Assembly: GCA_963750265.1 (NCBI GenBank)
Contig: CAVVQG010000015.1
Coordinates: 8,858-72,857 of the forward strand
Reading direction: 5' to 3'
Source: an uncultured Actinomycetota bacterium
Lineage (GTDB): Bacteria > Actinomycetota > Actinomycetes > Propionibacteriales > Nocardioidaceae
Length of the DNA stretch: 64,000 bases
This document shows, one piece after another, positions 1 to 10,579 of the stretch. The position numbers were made by a program, and so were the translations under genes. Every line of letters starts with the position of its first letter. The stretch's first letter is position 1. The notes beneath the pieces were generated by a model that saw nothing but the letters and a program-made list of their open reading frames with translations, did no database searches and was not told the origin of the DNA.

Positions 1-1
1 C

Positions 2-82
2 CGCATTGCTGATGCGATCGCCGAGCTGCACTTCGCGGTGGGTCCGGCGCCGCGGTCGTTCGGGTTCGGTGGTGTGTCGTGA
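2..82 (+). CDS. 3' end of upstream gene (partial), probably an alpha-E / circularly permuted ATP-grasp protein
   Basis: Frame reads RIADAIAELHFAVGPAPRSFGFGGVS*; its TGA overlaps the GTG of the transglutaminase (GTGA). Identity is inferred from the usual ATP-grasp/alpha-E/transglutaminase operon context. Confidence 0.45.
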   Translation, partial: RIADAIAELHFAVGPAPRSFGFGGVS

Positions 83-951
83 AATATCAGGTGTCGCACC
101 GCACGACCTACTCCTACGACGACGATGTCACCGACAGCCTCGGCATCGCCTATCTCGTCCCGCGCGAGCTGCCTTGGCAGCGGGTGCTTGAACATGAGCT
201 GGTCATTGATCCGCCGGCGATCGATCGAACCGAGGACCTCGACTACTACGGCAACACCGCGACGTACTTCCAGGTCACGAGCGCGCACAAGGCGCTCGAC
301 CTGCTCGCGACCAGCACAGTTGAGGTCGATGAGCCGAGCTACGACCAGCAGACGCTCGAGGCGCCTTGGGAGCTGGCGATTCCATCGCAGCGAGACGATG
401 TCGAAGGAGCGTGGAGAGCCCAGGACTTCGCACTCGCGTCGAAGCTCGCCGAGCACACCGACGACGTGCGGGACTATGCCGCCGAGTCGCTGGTGCCGGG
501 ACGTGCGATCGGCGAGGCGGTCACCGAGCTCATGCACCGCATCAACACCGATTTCTCCTATGACAAGACGGCCACGACCGTCACGTCGACGATCCACGAC
601 GTCTTCGAGAAGCGCGCTGGGGTCTGCCAGGACTTCGCGCACCTGACACTGGCCTGCCTTCGTATGCACGGACTCGCCACCCGATACGTCAGCGGATACC
701 TCGCCACGCAGCCACCTCCGGGCAAGGAGCGGGTCTTCGGAGCTGACGCGACACACGCGTGGGCGGCGGTGTGGATGCCCGATGGCAGCTGGCTCGCGGT
801 CGATCCGACCAACGACCAGTGGGCCAACGACCGGTACGTCACCCTTGCGTGGGGGCGTGACTACGCGGACGTGCCGCCGGTGAAGGGCGTCATCTTCACC
901 GAGGCCAAGACGTCTTCGCTCAACGTGGAAGTCGACGTCGCGCCGGTTTGA
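79..951 (+). CDS. Transglutaminase-like family protein with bacterial transglutaminase N-terminal domain
   Basis: N-terminal YxVxHxTxYxY; catalytic triad motifs GVCQDF, ATHAW, VDPTN; GRDYADVPP. Confidence 0.92.
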   Translation: MKYQVSHRTTYSYDDDVTDSLGIAYLVPRELPWQRVLEHELVIDPPAIDRTEDLDYYGNTATYFQVTSAHKALDLLATSTVEVDEPSYDQQTLEAPWELAIPSQRDDVEGAWRAQDFALASKLAEHTDDVRDYAAESLVPGRAIGEAVTELMHRINTDFSYDKTATTVTSTIHDVFEKRAGVCQDFAHLTLACLRMHGLATRYVSGYLATQPPPGKERVFGADATHAWAAVWMPDGSWLAVDPTNDQWANDRYVTLAWGRDYADVPPVKGVIFTEAKTSSLNVEVDVAPV

Positions 952-987
952 GGCGACGATTCGGGTGAATGCCACCTGAATGAGAGA

Positions 988-2124
988 ATGGGGGACGTGT
1001 CCTCCGTCAATCCCAACCCGCTACCACTCGTCTTCGAGCAGAAGCGCGGCCGAGTCAAGCCGCCACGTCACCTCGCCGACCTGACAGCCGAAGAGCGCGG
1101 CACGGTCGCCGAGACGTTGGGTGAGCCGGCGTTCCGGGTCAAGCAGGTCGCCAACCACTACTACGCGCGCCTCGAGCGCGACCCCGCGAACATGACCGAC
1201 CTTCCGGCCGCCAGTCGCGACAGGATCGTCGCCGAGCTGCTGCCAACCCTGCTCAACCCCGTTCGTACCCTCGAGGCCGACAAGGGCACGACGGTCAAGT
1301 CTCTGTGGAAGCTGTTCGACGGGGCTCTCGTCGAGTCGGTGCTGATGCGTTACACCGACCGCGCCACGATCTGTGTGTCGAGCCAAGCCGGCTGCGGGAT
1401 GGCATGTCCGTTCTGCGCGACCGGCCAGGGTGGTCTTGAGCGCAACATGAGCTGCGCCGAGATCGTCGATCAGGTCCAGGACGCTGCGGGCAAGATGGCA
1501 CGCGGCGACGTCGCGGGCGGTCCCGGACGCCTGTCGAATGTGGTGTTCATGGGCATGGGGGAGCCGATGGCCAACTACAAGGCTGTCATTGGCGCCATCC
1601 GGCGCATGGTCGCTCCAGCACCTGACGGACTTGGCATGTCGGCCCGCAACATCACCCTCAGCACAGTCGGTCTCGTGCCCCGGATGAAGCAGCTCGCGAC
1701 CGAGGGCATACCGGTCACCCTGGCGTTGTCGCTGCACGCACCCGACGACGAGCTTCGCAATGAGCTGGTGCCGATCAACACGCGCTGGTCGGTGCACGAG
1801 GCCGTAGAGGCAGCCTGGGAGTACGCCAGCACCACCAAGCGTCGGGTGTCGATCGAGTACGCCATGATCAAGGACATCAACGACCAGGCATGGCGCGCCG
1901 ACCTGCTGGGCGATGTTCTGCAGTCCTACGGCGACTGGGGCTGGGTGCACGTCAACCTCATCCCGCTCAATCCCACCCCGGGATCGAAGTGGACTGCGTC
2001 GCGGCCTGAGGACGAGCGCGAGTTCGTCCGTCGGCTGATCGCCAAGGGCATCCCGACGACCGTCCGCGACACCCGCGGCAGCGACATCGACGGAGCCTGC
2101 GGCCAGCTCGCTGCGACTGAGTAG
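988..2124 (+). CDS. rlmN: 23S rRNA (adenine(2503)-C2)/tRNA methyltransferase RlmN (radical SAM); start may be GTG 997
   Basis: [18 protein letters not shown] cluster motif, MGMGEP, C-terminal DIDGACGQL. Confidence 0.96.
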   Translation: MGDVSSVNPNPLPLVFEQKRGRVKPPRHLADLTAEERGTVAETLGEPAFRVKQVANHYYARLERDPANMTDLPAASRDRIVAELLPTLLNPVRTLEADKGTTVKSLWKLFDGALVESVLMRYTDRATICVSSQAGCGMACPFCATGQGGLERNMSCAEIVDQVQDAAGKMARGDVAGGPGRLSNVVFMGMGEPMANYKAVIGAIRRMVAPAPDGLGMSARNITLSTVGLVPRMKQLATEGIPVTLALSLHAPDDELRNELVPINTRWSVHEAVEAAWEYASTTKRRVSIEYAMIKDINDQAWRADLLGDVLQSYGDWGWVHVNLIPLNPTPGSKWTASRPEDEREFVRRLIAKGIPTTVRDTRGSDIDGACGQLAATE

Positions 2125-2157
2125 TCCGTCGTTCGACGGACGAAGTCGGGCACCCGG

Positions 2158-3441
2158 CTAGTGCATCGATTGCATGTAGTCACGAATGGTCGGCACGGCG
2201 TTCAGCTTGTCGTGGAAGAACGTGTTCACGACATTGATCACCCGGGCCCGGGCGCCGGCAACCTGCGCAGCCCGTTCCTCGGTGAGTTCCTGCGTCTCCA
2301 GCGTCCGGCTCATCGTCTGAAGCGCGGCGACGATCTCGGACTCCTCTGCGCCCTCTAGGGTCTTGATGACCTCCAGCACCAGCGCGTCGACCTGTCGACG
2401 AACCGCTTCGAGCGGGATGGTGGCCCCCGGTTGTGTTGCGTTGTCCAAGGCTGTGATGAGTGACCAGACCTGGTAGAGGATCGTGGTCGGCTCGTCGAAC
2501 AGCTCGCGTACGAAGGCTGCTTCCTGGTGCCGACCAGAAAGCCGGAAGACGTTGTACATCCGCTTTGCCGCCTTCCCGTAGTTGGGCGACTCGATCTTGA
2601 GGTACTTGCGCACCTCGTTCTCCAGCTGGGTCACGTAGTGGTCCAGCGCATCGTCAGAGACATGAGCCACGACCTTGGTGAACGTCGGTACGTCGTCAGC
2701 GTCCAGGTAGACCTCTTGGAAGTATGCGTCCAGGTAGCCGTCCAAGGGGACGATCTCGCCGTCGGGACCTTCCCAGGTCACATCGATGACATTGCTCGCA
2801 TTCGACAATCCACCCCGCGCTGCATCAACGACGACCCAGTCCGCCTTGACCCATCCGGGGTCCTGAGCTGCATCGGCCCAGGTGACCGGTCCGTCGGGGG
2901 TCTCGAGCACACCGGCCTCGATGTCGTCGAGCGTCCAGGAAAGCGGTGACCCTGACTTGCTGCTGCCGAGCTTGGCTTCGAGGAATTGGTAGCCGTCGCC
3001 GTGCGCGAAGGCCAGGATCTTGGCCTTCAGACATTCTGCGAGCACGTTGCACGCCTCGGTCCTGGTGTTCGCGACGATGTTGAAACGCTGGAAGAAGTCG
3101 GCGTCGCCCGGGTAGGACTGGATCTTTGACTGGGCGGCCGATCCCGACAGTGCCAGAGCACCTTCGGTGGTGTCTGCCGGTCCGGTGAGCTCGACGATCG
3201 CACCGATCTTGCGAAATCGCGCCAGGTCGCGCGGGGAGAAGTCGAGCATCGCGAGCCGATGGCCGAAGGTTCCAGATTGGTGATCGACTGCGAGGTCGTC
3301 CTCGCCCTCGGACTCGATGGCAGCCAACCAGGACCCCATCTCCGCCGCGTTCAGCTCCATGCCGAGCCGTTGGGCGGACAGGACGATTTCCTGGAAGGCG
3401 TCCTCCGTGGGGCGCTCGCGCGGTTGATCGGCTTGTCGCAT
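2158..3441 (-). CDS. Uncharacterised protein with Pol-beta-superfamily nucleotidyltransferase signature
   Basis: LSGSAAQSKIQSYPGDADFF matches hG[GS]x(9-13)DhD; candidate third carboxylate in WVKADWVV; basic helix NYGKAAKRMY. ATG 3441 is preceded by AAGGAG (alternative start GTG 3471). Confidence 0.65.
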   Translation of the reverse strand: MRQADQPRERPTEDAFQEIVLSAQRLGMELNAAEMGSWLAAIESEGEDDLAVDHQSGTFGHRLAMLDFSPRDLARFRKIGAIVELTGPADTTEGALALSGSAAQSKIQSYPGDADFFQRFNIVANTRTEACNVLAECLKAKILAFAHGDGYQFLEAKLGSSKSGSPLSWTLDDIEAGVLETPDGPVTWADAAQDPGWVKADWVVVDAARGGLSNASNVIDVTWEGPDGEIVPLDGYLDAYFQEVYLDADDVPTFTKVVAHVSDDALDHYVTQLENEVRKYLKIESPNYGKAAKRMYNVFRLSGRHQEAAFVRELFDEPTTILYQVWSLITALDNATQPGATIPLEAVRRQVDALVLEVIKTLEGAEESEIVAALQTMSRTLETQELTEERAAQVAGARARVINVVNTFFHDKLNAVPTIRDYMQSMH

Positions 3442-3467
3442 GGGGTCTCCTTGGGGTTCGGGCCCCG

Positions 3468-4019
3468 TCACCTGGCTGATGCGGCCTCCGCCTGGATGGT
3501 CTTGAACAACTGTGCCTGATCGCGGGCGTCCGCAAGGGCGTTATGCGACAAGGTCTCGACGTCGTCGTATCGCTGGGCGAGGTGACGCATGCTGGTCTCG
3601 TGCCAGGCGCAACCGGTGAAGCCGGCGTAGTAGGCCTTGATGTCCATCGCGGAGTGACCGAACGGATTGGTGATGTCGTAGCGGGTGAAGTACTCCTGTA
3701 CGAACATCCAGTCGAATGCAGCGTTGAAGGCGACGAAGACTGGCTGATGTGTGGAGGCCGGCGAGACCTCCCGCACCCAATCAGCGAACTCGGCCATTGC
3801 CTGCGGGGCCGCAGTGCCGTTGCGCTGGAGCGTCGCGAGGTCGAGCCCGCTGACGGCAAGGGCGTCTGGAATCGATGCATCGCGGTCAGGTTTGAGCTCG
3901 ACGTAGAAGCCGGTGCCAATGTCGTCAACGAGACATGCGCCTATCGACAGCAGGGGATAGGCGCCTGGAGCGGGGCCCGCCGTCTCCACGTCGACCGAGA
4001 TGAGGCGCTCATTGACCAT
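3468..4019 (-). CDS. DEDDh 3'-5' exonuclease (RNase AS/Rv2179c-, Cap18-like)
   Basis: ExoI ISVDVETAG, ExoII FNAAFD, ExoIII SHNALADA. Confidence 0.9.
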   Translation of the reverse strand: MVNERLISVDVETAGPAPGAYPLLSIGACLVDDIGTGFYVELKPDRDASIPDALAVSGLDLATLQRNGTAAPQAMAEFADWVREVSPASTHQPVFVAFNAAFDWMFVQEYFTRYDITNPFGHSAMDIKAYYAGFTGCAWHETSMRHLAQRYDDVETLSHNALADARDQAQLFKTIQAEAASAR

Positions 4020-4085
4020 CGGCTCAGGCTAGTCGAGTCGGACCGGCCCCGGTCATCTTGAACGGTCCGCCGGTGAGGTGTGGCT

Positions 4086-5807
4086 TCAGACCAGCGCCGG
4101 CTTCTTGACGAGCAGCTCGACATTGCGATCGGCCGTAGAACCGCTCGCACCGCTGGCGCGGCCCTGCGGGTCGTTGGCCGAGAGCTCGCGGGCCAGACCG
4201 GCCAGCGCGACGGTCGACGTCAGCGGGCCGGGATTGCCGACGGTCCCTGCATGGTCGAGCATCGTGGTGAAGATCGACAGCGAGCCGTCGGTGTTGTCGA
4301 CCAGCTCGATCAGGCGTGACTGCTGTGGGAAGTCGATGTGCGATGCGGTGTTGATCTCCCAGAAGCCACCGGTCCCGTTGGCGGCCTTGTGTGCCGTCAC
4401 CTCGTTGCGGTGCGTGTGACCGTTGACCCAAGCAACGACGTTCGGGTTGGCCAGCAGGAGCTCAACGACCGCCGAACCGAGCACCCGCATCTGAAGATCC
4501 AGTCCGGTGGCGATGAGCGGATTGGTCATGGTCGACGAGGTGTGGTGGCTGAAGATCATCACGTACTTGTGGGTCGAGCTCGCCAATGTCGCGGTGAGCC
4601 AAGCCATCTGCTTGGTGTCGAGCGAGCCGTCGGCGTAGCCATTGGGGTTGACCGAGTCCAGCACGATGCCGCGGAACAGGCCCTTGTCGAAGGTGTAGTA
4701 GGCGGTTCCCTTCGCCTTGTTGTCGGCGGTGAATCCGTGTCCGACCGGGGTGCCGCTGGTGTTGAAGTGCTCGGCCACCACCTGCTTACGGGTGAGCACC
4801 TTCCGCTTGGCATCGGGGGTGACGAGACGCGCACTGGCAAGACCCAAGGCTCCCGTGAGCACGTTCGGGTTTGCCGTCTTGAGGCTCGTGATCGCATCGG
4901 CCTGTGAAAGACCGGGCGGCAGGGCCGTGGCCTTGAGCGGACCGGTCGCGAGGATGGTCAGCGGCAGCGTGTTGGGGAAGTTGCCCTGGACGAGCCCGTC
5001 ATGGTTGCCGAACACCGAGTACCAGGGCATCTTGATGCCCTCGGCCTTGAAGGGAGCGCGTGCCGCGTTGAGCAGGCCGGTGACCTGCGGGAACCCGAAT
5101 CGGGTCTTGTAGATGTCGGCGGCCTTGCCTGCAGGTGGGGCGTCCGGGTGCCAGTAGTGAACGTCGTAGTCCACGTTGTCGGCGACACCTTCGTACTTCG
5201 CCTTGCTGCCCGAGTCCGGGGTGACGGTCTTGCCGTCGAGGATGTCGATGTTCCAACGGAACTCGTTGAGCTGGCAGTTGTCGGCGTTGTCGCCGGTCTG
5301 GATGGCGAACGCCAGCGGGGCACCACTCACCGGACCGTACTTTGCCTTGTTGATGGCGCGGACCATCGCGTCGGCGGTCTGCATGGTCAGCATCTCCTGC
5401 GGTCGGTAGCTGGACTGCAGCATCCCGATCGTGGGGTCTCCATCGGCGTACTTGTCCTCAAGTCGGTCGACGTACTCCACTCGAGCGGGCGACTGTGCGT
5501 CGACCATGTGGACGTCGGTCAGGTGCGCGAACGCCGTCACCGGCTGCCGTCCGGAGACCGAGGTGGAACTGGCAGGTACGCCGAGGTCGGTGCGCACGAC
5601 GTGGGGTTCTGCCGAGGCTCGGACCACGGGTGTGTATCCGCCCGGACCCGGCGTCCCGCGTACGAGGGTTCCAGCCAGCGTGGTGGTGGGTGGAGCGGTC
5701 TGGCCGCCCACCGCCCATGCGGCCGGCGAGAGCGCCAAGTCCGTGAATGCCATCGCCCCGCCGATGACTGCGCCCGATTGAATTAGCTTGCGACGAGACA
5801 GGTCCAT
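4086..5807 (-). CDS. Tat-exported calcineurin-like metallophosphoesterase (TIGR03767-like)
   Basis: Tat motif SRRKLI with AWA cleavage site; motifs TDVH, TGDNAD, GNHD, SHH, GHTH. Confidence 0.88.
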   Translation of the reverse strand: MDLSRRKLIQSGAVIGGAMAFTDLALSPAAWAVGGQTAPPTTTLAGTLVRGTPGPGGYTPVVRASAEPHVVRTDLGVPASSTSVSGRQPVTAFAHLTDVHMVDAQSPARVEYVDRLEDKYADGDPTIGMLQSSYRPQEMLTMQTADAMVRAINKAKYGPVSGAPLAFAIQTGDNADNCQLNEFRWNIDILDGKTVTPDSGSKAKYEGVADNVDYDVHYWHPDAPPAGKAADIYKTRFGFPQVTGLLNAARAPFKAEGIKMPWYSVFGNHDGLVQGNFPNTLPLTILATGPLKATALPPGLSQADAITSLKTANPNVLTGALGLASARLVTPDAKRKVLTRKQVVAEHFNTSGTPVGHGFTADNKAKGTAYYTFDKGLFRGIVLDSVNPNGYADGSLDTKQMAWLTATLASSTHKYVMIFSHHTSSTMTNPLIATGLDLQMRVLGSAVVELLLANPNVVAWVNGHTHRNEVTAHKAANGTGGFWEINTASHIDFPQQSRLIELVDNTDGSLSIFTTMLDHAGTVGNPGPLTSTVALAGLARELSANDPQGRASGASGSTADRNVELLVKKPALV

Positions 5808-5931
5808 GCAGAAGTAACGATTGTGCGTTCGCGAAGTGACGGCGCAATGAGGCTCACGTCACACGGGTCGCCGGATCGGTCTGCGAACCGACGCGGGAGG
5901 ATGGAAGGACACGACTTTCGCGAGGAGAATC

Positions 5932-6652
5932 ATGCTGGGTGTCACCACCGACGGCGATGTCGTCATCCTCGAGCTGCAGCGCGAGGAACGACGCAACGCA
6001 CTCAACCTCGAGCTGTGCCGCGCGATCCACGCAGCAGTCGATGAGGCGGTCGATGATGGTGCGCGAGTCATCGTCATCACTGGGCAGGGAACGGCGTTCT
6101 GCGCGGGCGCGGATCTCGGCGGCGTCTACGGGCCGGAGTTCCTCGAGGCGCTCTACGGAATGCTGCAACGACTGACCAAGGTCTCAGTACCGCTGATTGC
6201 CGCCGTCAACGGGCCAGCGATCGGCGCCGGCACCCAGCTCGCCATGGCGTGCGATCTGCGGGTGGCGGACACGACGGCCAAGTTCGCCGTTCCCACAGCT
6301 CGCAATGGCATGGCAGTCGATGCATGGACGATTCGTACGCTGGCCGCGCTCGCCGGTGGTGGTCCGGCCCGGAGGTTGATGCTGGCCGCGCAGACTCTCG
6401 ATGTGGAGGCCGCTCTCGCGACCGGTCTGGTCGACCGCACAGGAACGCTCGCCGACGCCGTGGCCTGGGCGCAGCAGATCGCCGAGCTGCGCCCCGCTGG
6501 CACTCGCGCACAACAAGCTCGTGTTGAACGGCTCCGCCGCTGACGATGCCGCGATCGACGCGAGCTTCGCTGCGGTGTGGGCCAGCGAAGACGTTCGCGA
6601 GGCGGCGACTGCGCGCGACGAGAAGCGCTCGCCGAACTTCAGGGGGCGCTGA
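5932..6652 (+). CDS. Crotonase-fold protein, EchA6-like non-catalytic enoyl-CoA hydratase (frameshift ~6489)
   Basis: AFCAGADL, NGPAIGAG; C-terminus ...EKRSPNFRGR continues in ORF 6401..6652; both catalytic Glu positions are substituted. Confidence 0.85.
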
Positions 6653-7098
6653 TGACGAGTCTGGTTTTCCGCGCCCTCGACCGCCATGTGGTTGGCGGCC
6701 TCGCAGATCATCCGGCGATCGCCGACGAGCGCGGCTCGTTGTCGTACGCGCAGCTGCTGCACGAGTCCGCCTGTTTGGCCGGGGCGATCGGTCACTTCGG
6801 CGTGGCGCGGGGCACGCCGGTTTCGATCGACCTTCCGCACAGTCGCGAGCTGGTGATCGCCGTACTCGCGTGCGCACGGCTCGGAGCTGAGCCACACGCG
6901 GCGGCTGCGCATGCCTTTGTCGGCACGCCGCCGCAATTTCGCACCCCCGACACCGAGGTGACGTGGGAAGTGCTGATCCGAGCCGGCCGTGCAGAGCCGG
7001 CACCCGCGCCCGAACGCGATCCGGAGGGCTACGAAGAGCTGCTACGCGCTGAGCACGGCGAGCTGATCGACTCCCTGATTGCTGGCCGAACTATCTAG
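6652..7098 (+). CDS. Short AMP-binding-domain-like protein (only the N-terminal part of the acyl-CoA synthetase fold)
   Basis: ALDRHV..G.ADHPAI, LSYAQL, LACARLGA; no SSGTTG P-loop; TGATG-coupled to the crotonase. Confidence 0.75.
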   Translation: MTSLVFRALDRHVVGGLADHPAIADERGSLSYAQLLHESACLAGAIGHFGVARGTPVSIDLPHSRELVIAVLACARLGAEPHAAAAHAFVGTPPQFRTPDTEVTWEVLIRAGRAEPAPAPERDPEGYEELLRAEHGELIDSLIAGRTI

Positions 7099-7561
7099 TG
7101 CCCCACGCGTACGTCTGCTTCTCCAGCTGGAGGTAGACGAATGTCTCGGTCATCACGACCCGGTCCAGCGAGCTGATCTGGCCGGAGACGATGTCCAGGA
7201 GCTCGTCATCGCTCCCGGCCACGAGCTCGGCGAGAATGTCGAAGCGACCTGTGGTGATGACGATGTAGTCCAGCTGCTCCATCGTGGCCAGCTCAGCGGC
7301 CACCTCGCGTACGTCGCCGGAGACCTTGATGCCGATCATTGCCTGCCGGGCGAAGCCCATCTGGAGGGGATCGGTGACAGCCACGATCTGCATCACCCCG
7401 CTGTCGATGAGCTTCTGCACCCGGTGGCGGGCGGCGGCTTCGGACAGGCCGACCTGTTTGGCGATGGCCGAGTAGGACAGCCGGCCGTCGCCCTGGAGCA
7501 GCTCGATGATCTTGCGAGCCTTGTCGTCGAGTGCAATGGCGCGGTCCGTCATGCGGCTCAT
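7091..7561 (-). CDS. Lrp/AsnC family transcriptional regulator
   Basis: LDDKARKIIELLQGDGRLSYSAIAKQVGLSEAA HTH; TGRFD in RAM domain. Confidence 0.93.
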   Translation of the reverse strand: MSRMTDRAIALDDKARKIIELLQGDGRLSYSAIAKQVGLSEAAARHRVQKLIDSGVMQIVAVTDPLQMGFARQAMIGIKVSGDVREVAAELATMEQLDYIVITTGRFDILAELVAGSDDELLDIVSGQISSLDRVVMTETFVYLQLEKQTYAWGTR

Positions 7562-7646
7562 TGTGCCGCATGGCGCATCGACGACCTACGGAATCGCGTG
7601 TGGGCCGCTCAGTGCACGCCGGATTCCGGCGCATCGCCTGACACGG

Positions 7647-9029
7647 TCAGAGCAGACCTTGCGCCTCGGTCAGCACGCTGCGCAGGATCTGTTCGATCTC
7701 GTCGAAGTGCGACTGGTCGGCGATCAGTCGGTGGCGACAGCTGGATGACGGGGTCGCCCCGATCGTCGGCCCGGCAGTAGAGGCCTTCGTTGAACAATGC
7801 CTTTGACAGGAAACCGCGGAGCAGCTTCTCCGACTCCGCGTCGTCGAAGCTCTCCTTGGTGGCCTTGTCCTTGACGAGCTCGATGCCGTAGAAGAAGCCG
7901 TCGCCCCGTACGTCACCGACGATGTCGAGATCGAGCAGCTTCTCGAGCGTGCCTCGGAACGCGCCTTCGGTGTCGCGTACGTGCTCGTTGATCTTCTCGC
8001 GCTCGAAGATGTCGAGGTTGGCCATGGCGACAGCCGTTGAGACGGGGTGACCGCCGAATGTGTAGCCGTGCACGAAGCTCGTGGTGCCCTGCAGGAACGG
8101 CTCCATGATCCGGTCCGAGGCGATCATGGCGCCGAGTGGCGAGTAGCCGGAGGTGAGCCCCTTCGCGCAGGTGATCATGTCGGGGACGTACCCGTATCGA
8201 TTGGCGCCGAACATGTCGCCGAGCCGACCGAATGCGCAGATGACCTCGTCGGAGACCAGCAGCACGTCGTGGCGATCGCAGATCTCGCGGACCCGCTGGA
8301 AGTAGCCGGGCGGTGGCGGGAAGCAGCCTCCGGCGTTCTGCACCGGCTCGAGGAACACCGCGCAGACCGTGTCGGGTCCTTCGGCGACGATCGCATCCTC
8401 GATCTGGTCAGCGGCCCACCTGCCGAAGGCCTCGAGGTCGTCGCCGTGCTCCGGCGCACGATAGAAGTTGGTGTTGGGGACGTGCACGGTCTGACGGGAC
8501 GAGCGGCTCGTACGGTTCCTTCAGCGCCTGGGATACCGGTGATCGAGAGGGCGCCGTGCGTGGTGCCGTGATAGGCGATCTGGCGACTGATGACTTTCGT
8601 CTTGTGAGGCTTGCCGGTCAGCTTGAAGTACTGCTTGGCGGCCTTCCACGCGGTCTCGACAGCCTCGCCGCCACCGGTGGTGAAGAACACTCGGTTGAGG
8701 TCGCCGGGAGCATACGACGCGATGCGCTCGGCCAGCATGATCGCGTTGGGGTGGGCGAACGTCCAGATCGGGAAGAATGCGAGCTCCTTGGCCTGCTTGG
8801 CCGCAGCCTCGGCGAGCTCCTCGCGGCCGTGACCTGCCTGGACGACGAACAGTCCGGCGAGACCATCGAGATAACGCTTGCCCTGGGCGTCCCAGATGTA
8901 CATGCCATCACCCTTGGTGATGATCGGGATGTCGTGGTCGGCATAGGACCCGTGGCGCGAGAAGTGCATCCACAGGTGGCGCTTGCCGGCCTTCTGCAGC
9001 CGCTGGAAGTCCTCGTCGGAGTACGTCAT
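7647..9029 (-). CDS. Class III PLP aminotransferase (putrescine/omega-amino acid aminotransferase-like); frameshifts near 8520, 8490, 7730
   Basis: YLDGLAGL, GGEAVE, AYHGTT, EPVQ, DEVICAFGR, AKGLTSGY spread over ORFs 8175..9029 and 7609..8487. Confidence 0.88.
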
Positions 9030-9141
9030 GTCGCCATGATCGCAATACGACCTGGGGGATTACAAGGGATTTCGTCGTCAGATGCATGATTTGCTGCTAA
9101 ATCCGTTGCACGACTGAGGGCGTATGCGGTTGGATGAGGCC

Positions 9142-10579
9142 ATGGATCGCACCATCACAAATGTCATCAACGGCGAACTGGTCCCGGCCCGCAGCGGCGC
9201 AGACCTATGACGTCTTTGATCCCTCGACCGGCGCGGTCTACGCGACGGCGCCGATGTCGGGCCCTGAGGACGTCGACCTGGCACTTCAGGCCGCGTCAAC
9301 GGCGTTCGAGACGTGGCGAGACACCACGCCATATGAGCGCCAGAAGGCGATGCTCAAGCTGGCTGCTGCGATCGACGAGCGCGCCGAGGAGATCGTTGCG
9401 GTCGAGTCTCGTGACACCGGCAAGCCGGTCGCGCTGACGATGAGCGAGGAGATGTACCAGGCAACCGAGGTGATGACATTCTTCGCGGGTGCGGCTCGTG
9501 TGCTGGAGGGCCGCTCGGCGGGCGAGTACATGGCAGGCCACACGTCGATGATCCGACGCGAGCCGATCGGAGTCGTCGCCCAGGTCACGCCGTGGAACTA
9601 CCCCCTGATGATGGCGATCTGGAAGATCAGTCCTGCCCTGGCAGCCGGCAACACGATCGTGCTCAAACCGAGCGACACCACCCCGGCTTCCACGTCACTG
9701 CTCGCCGAGATTGCGCAGGAGTTCTTCCCACCGGGTGTGTTCAACATCGTGTGTGGCGACCGCGACACCGGCAAGGCGCTGGTGTCCCACCCGATCCCAC
9801 AGATGGTGGCCATCACCGGATCGGTCCGCGCCGGAATTGAGGTGGCGACCGCTGCCGCACTGGATCTCAAGAAGCCACACCTGGAGCTCGGCGGCAAGGC
9901 GCCCGTCGTGGTGTTCGACGATGCCGACATCGCGGCGGCTGCAGAAGCCATTGCCGGTGCCGGCTACTTCAACGCCGGCCAGGACTGCACCGCAGCGACG
10001 CGAGTGCTGGTTCATCCCAGGGTGGCTGCAGACTTCACCGCCGCGCTCACCGAGGCCGCCAAGGGCACGAAGGTCGGCATGCCCGACGACGACGAGACGT
10101 ACTTCGGCCCGGTCAACAACGTCAACCAGCTCGCCCACGTCAGCGGATTCATGGACGATCTGCCCGACCACGCCAACATCGAGACCGGCGGGCAACGGGT
10201 TGCAGCGCTGGGCGACGGCTACTTCTATGAACCCACCGTCGTCTCGGGACTCCAGCAGGACGATCGAGCCAGTCAGGAAGAGATCTTCGGACCGGTGATC
10301 ACGGTCCAGCAGTTCGGTGACGAGGACGAAGCCGTTCGCTGGGCCAACGGGGTGGAGTACGGACTGGCGTCTTCGGTGTGGACCAAGGACCATGGCCGGG
10401 CGATGCGGATGGCCAAGCGTCTCGACTTCGGCTGTGTGTGGATCAACACCCACATTCCGATCGTCGCCGAGATGCCGCACGGCGGCTTCAAGCACTCGGG
10501 CTATGGCAAGGACCTGTCGATGTACGGGCTCGAGGACTACACCCGGATCAAGCACGTCATGACCAACTTGGAGGCCTGA
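9142..10579 (+). CDS. Gamma-aminobutyraldehyde dehydrogenase (frameshift ~9198 near N-terminus)
   Basis: TPWNYP, LKPS, ITGS, LELGGK, NAGQDC, EEIFGP, GYGKDLS. Confidence 0.9.

Noticed and set aside
988-2124. Possible Cfr resistance methyltransferase
   Set aside because: The MGMGEP motif and core-genome position fit housekeeping RlmN.
2158-4019. Calling the NTase/exonuclease pair a CBASS operon
   Set aside because: No effector (TM, patatin, TIR/SAVED, nuclease) or Cap2/3/6/7 gene is adjacent; kept only as an unclassified NTase module.
4086-5807. Metallophosphoesterase as a third member of the NTase module
   Set aside because: It has a Tat export signal, and the exonuclease has its own -10 box in the 66-bp gap; there is no evidence of linkage beyond shared strand.
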